Shown: one piece after another, positions 62,392 to 64,000 of the stretch
How positions within the stretch are numbered: position 1 is the first letter of the stretch
Layout: every line of letters begins with the position of its first letter
Origin: Candidatus Saccharimonadales bacterium
Lineage (GTDB): Bacteria; Patescibacteriota; Saccharimonadia; Saccharimonadales; Saccharimonadaceae
Direction of reading: 5' to 3'
Assembly: GCA_036382575.1 (NCBI GenBank)
Contig: DASVHL010000033.1
Location: forward strand, 8,389 to 72,388
Length of the DNA stretch: 64,000 bases
Program-made: the position numbers and the translations under genes
The notes under the pieces: generated by a model
Database searches by the model: none
What the model was told of the DNA's origin: nothing
The model's input: only the letters and a program-made list of their open reading frames with translations

Positions 62392-63153
62392 CTAGAGACT
62401 CGTTAGAATTTCTGCACCATCTTCAGTAATGAGGATTGTGTGCTCAAAATGTGCGGCTAAGCTGCCGTCGCGCGTACGAATCGTCCAGCCGTCCCCATAG
62501 GTGTCGGTAACTGTTTTTTCACCACCTAACGTTGCCATTGGTTCGATAGCAATTGTATCGCCAGGCTTTAGCAATACGCCCGTTCCCTTGCGGCCATAGT
62601 TAGGTACATCAGGAGGCATATGCATCTCAAGACCAACACCATGGCCCACCAGATCACGAATAATCCCCAGCTTCCCATCGTTCAGAACCTTTTCAACTGC
62701 TGCTCCAATATCACCGGTGTAAACAGGACCTTTGATCGCATCGATGCCTGCATACAAGCTGCGTTCTGTCACATTTAATAAGTGCTTTTTGATACCACTC
62801 GGCTGTTCATCGATAACCATCGTAAAGGCACTGTCAGTTTTCATGTCTTTATAGGTAATGACGAGATCAAAACTCACAACATCACCTTGCTCGAAGACAT
62901 AATCCGTCGGCACACTGTGAACAATTTCATCGTTCGTGCTAATACAAATCACATTCGGGAAATTCACTTCTGACGTTTTATAAGTAGCAATTGCACCATG
63001 GTAAGCAATTTCTTTTGCTACCCATGCGTCAACTTCTAGTTCAGTCATACCGGCATGAACATACTCTTTTAGATCACGATAAATGGTAGCTAGAATCTTG
63101 CCACATTCTCGCATCGCCTGAATTTGGGCTTCAGTTTTTACGCCAGTTTGCAC
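62392..63153 (-). CDS. map: type I methionine aminopeptidase
   Basis: Metal ligands in the contexts SFDLV, DSAFT, GHGVG, IEP and EHT. GTG start overlapping the adk end. Confidence 0.93.
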   Translation of the reverse strand: MQTGVKTEAQIQAMRECGKILATIYRDLKEYVHAGMTELEVDAWVAKEIAYHGAIATYKTSEVNFPNVICISTNDEIVHSVPTDYVFEQGDVVSFDLVITYKDMKTDSAFTMVIDEQPSGIKKHLLNVTERSLYAGIDAIKGPVYTGDIGAAVEKVLNDGKLGIIRDLVGHGVGLEMHMPPDVPNYGRKGTGVLLKPGDTIAIEPMATLGGEKTVTDTYGDGWTIRTRDGSLAAHFEHTILITEDGAEILTSL

Positions 63154-63683
63154 GCTACTAATTCTTCCATAATTCGATCATGTACCTGGCCAACCGTACC
63201 GGTACCATCAATATGCACGATATTGATGCGCTCTTCAGTAAAGTAACTAAGAATTGGGTACATTTCTGTCCGGTAAATACGCAGACGCTCGTCAATAGCC
63301 TCTGGCGTATCATCGACACGACCGCGAACCTCAAGGCGCTTTAAAAGCTCGCTTCGTGGCACTTCAAGCACAATAACAAGTGCGATTGAACGCTGGTGTT
63401 CAGGCTGTGACTCAATTAACCATTTCGCCTGCTCTAACTGACGAGGAAACCCATCAAGAATAACGCGACTGATGTTTGTTGCACGCTTTAAAGCCTCGCC
63501 CATCAATTTATTTACTTTTTCAGGACTAACTAATGCACCAGTCTGCATTTCTTTGATCAATTCAATGTCGTGAGTATCACGGAGCTGTTGTCCCGCACTT
63601 AACCAACGCCATCCATGACGCGCTGCCAGCATTTGCCCTTGCACACTCTTACCAGCACCAGCTGGACCAAAAAATACAATCAT
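63138..63683 (-). CDS. adk: adenylate kinase (short-lid, no zinc)
   Basis: P-loop FFGPAGAGKSVQG, GFPRQLEQA. 181 aa. Confidence 0.93.
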   Translation of the reverse strand: MIVFFGPAGAGKSVQGQMLAARHGWRWLSAGQQLRDTHDIELIKEMQTGALVSPEKVNKLMGEALKRATNISRVILDGFPRQLEQAKWLIESQPEHQRSIALVIVLEVPRSELLKRLEVRGRVDDTPEAIDERLRIYRTEMYPILSYFTEERINIVHIDGTGTVGQVHDRIMEELVACKLA

Positions 63684-63707
63684 TATTACGTGCTCCTTTT
63701 TGTTTGT

Positions 63708-64000
63708 TTAACTTAGCGCTTCTTTAACAAGTTTTGCGACTAACGCGCCGTCGGCAGCATTGCCAACTTTTGATTTCACGACACCAATAACCTTGCCCAT
63801 ATCAGCCATACCGGCCGCACCAAGTTGTGCAATTGCAGCATCTACTATTGTTTTGGTCTCATCTTCGGTCAGCTGCTTTGGCAAGTAAACTTTAATGACA
63901 TCAACTTCTTTTTGCTCAACATTAGCCAGATCATTGCGATCACCCTGAATATACAGCTTAATACTCTCGTTGCGCTTTTTTACTTCACGAGCAATAATCT
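63708..64000 (-). CDS. GatB/YqeY-domain protein, C-terminal part (continues beyond window edge)
   Basis: Minus-strand translation gives ...KKRNESIKLYIQGDRNDLANVEQKEVDVIKVYLPKQLTEDETKTIVDAAIAQLGAAGMADMGKVIGVVKSKVGNAADGALVAKLVKEALS*. Confidence 0.7.
   Translation of the reverse strand, partial: IIAREVKKRNESIKLYIQGDRNDLANVEQKEVDVIKVYLPKQLTEDETKTIVDAAIAQLGAAGMADMGKVIGVVKSKVGNAADGALVAKLVKEALS

Overview
This is a 64-kb window from a compact, gene-dense bacterial chromosome. By eye it is roughly 90% coding and in the high-40s % GC. It holds about 60 protein genes, more than 80% of them on the minus strand. Most of the content is core housekeeping. Translation: rpmA, rplU, rpsB, tsf, frr, rpmE2, prfA/prmC, prfB, hpf, serS, lysS, proS, ileS, map. 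Secretion and envelope: secA, lepB, rseP, uppS, murD, murI, LCP, HtrA, Ctp, VKOR. Division and segregation: ftsE/ftsX plus a PcsB-like CHAP hydrolase, ftsA/ftsZ, parA/parB. Repair: xseA/xseB. I saw no rRNA, tRNA, CRISPR array, transposase, integrase or reverse transcriptase. Several features are consistent with a reduced-genome monoderm lineage such as Saccharibacteria/Patescibacteria, but this is inference only: Bacillus-like hpf-secA-prfB-ftsEX-ctp synteny, a type-2 IleRS, a ProRS without the INS domain, no pyrH or cdsA in the rpsB-tsf-frr-uppS-rseP cluster, and giant LTD and RCC1 surface proteins. The signals most worth follow-up are: (1) a T-box riboswitch with a canonical antiterminator and an apparently ultrashort Stem I (AUC in a 7-nt terminal loop) in front of ileS; (2) a recurring TATACT-N6-9-ATG architecture implying many leaderless mRNAs, including two divergent gene pairs whose -10 boxes sit in one short shared spacer; (3) a split rplU / rpmA pair, 40 kb apart, that keeps near-identical promoter and leader blocks; (4) an NrdR lacking all four zinc-ribbon cysteines, next to a glutaredoxin-like protein lacking its CxxC; (5) an accessory surface-protein island (43.1-51.9 kb) in which two proteins share a C-terminal GW[QR]LFxxAWYWWL anchor motif that is also conserved at nucleotide level; (6) several orphan genes and operons with no recognisable family (6141-7652, 25201-26079, 46316-47295). 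All function calls rest on motif recognition in the translated ORFs. No database search was possible.
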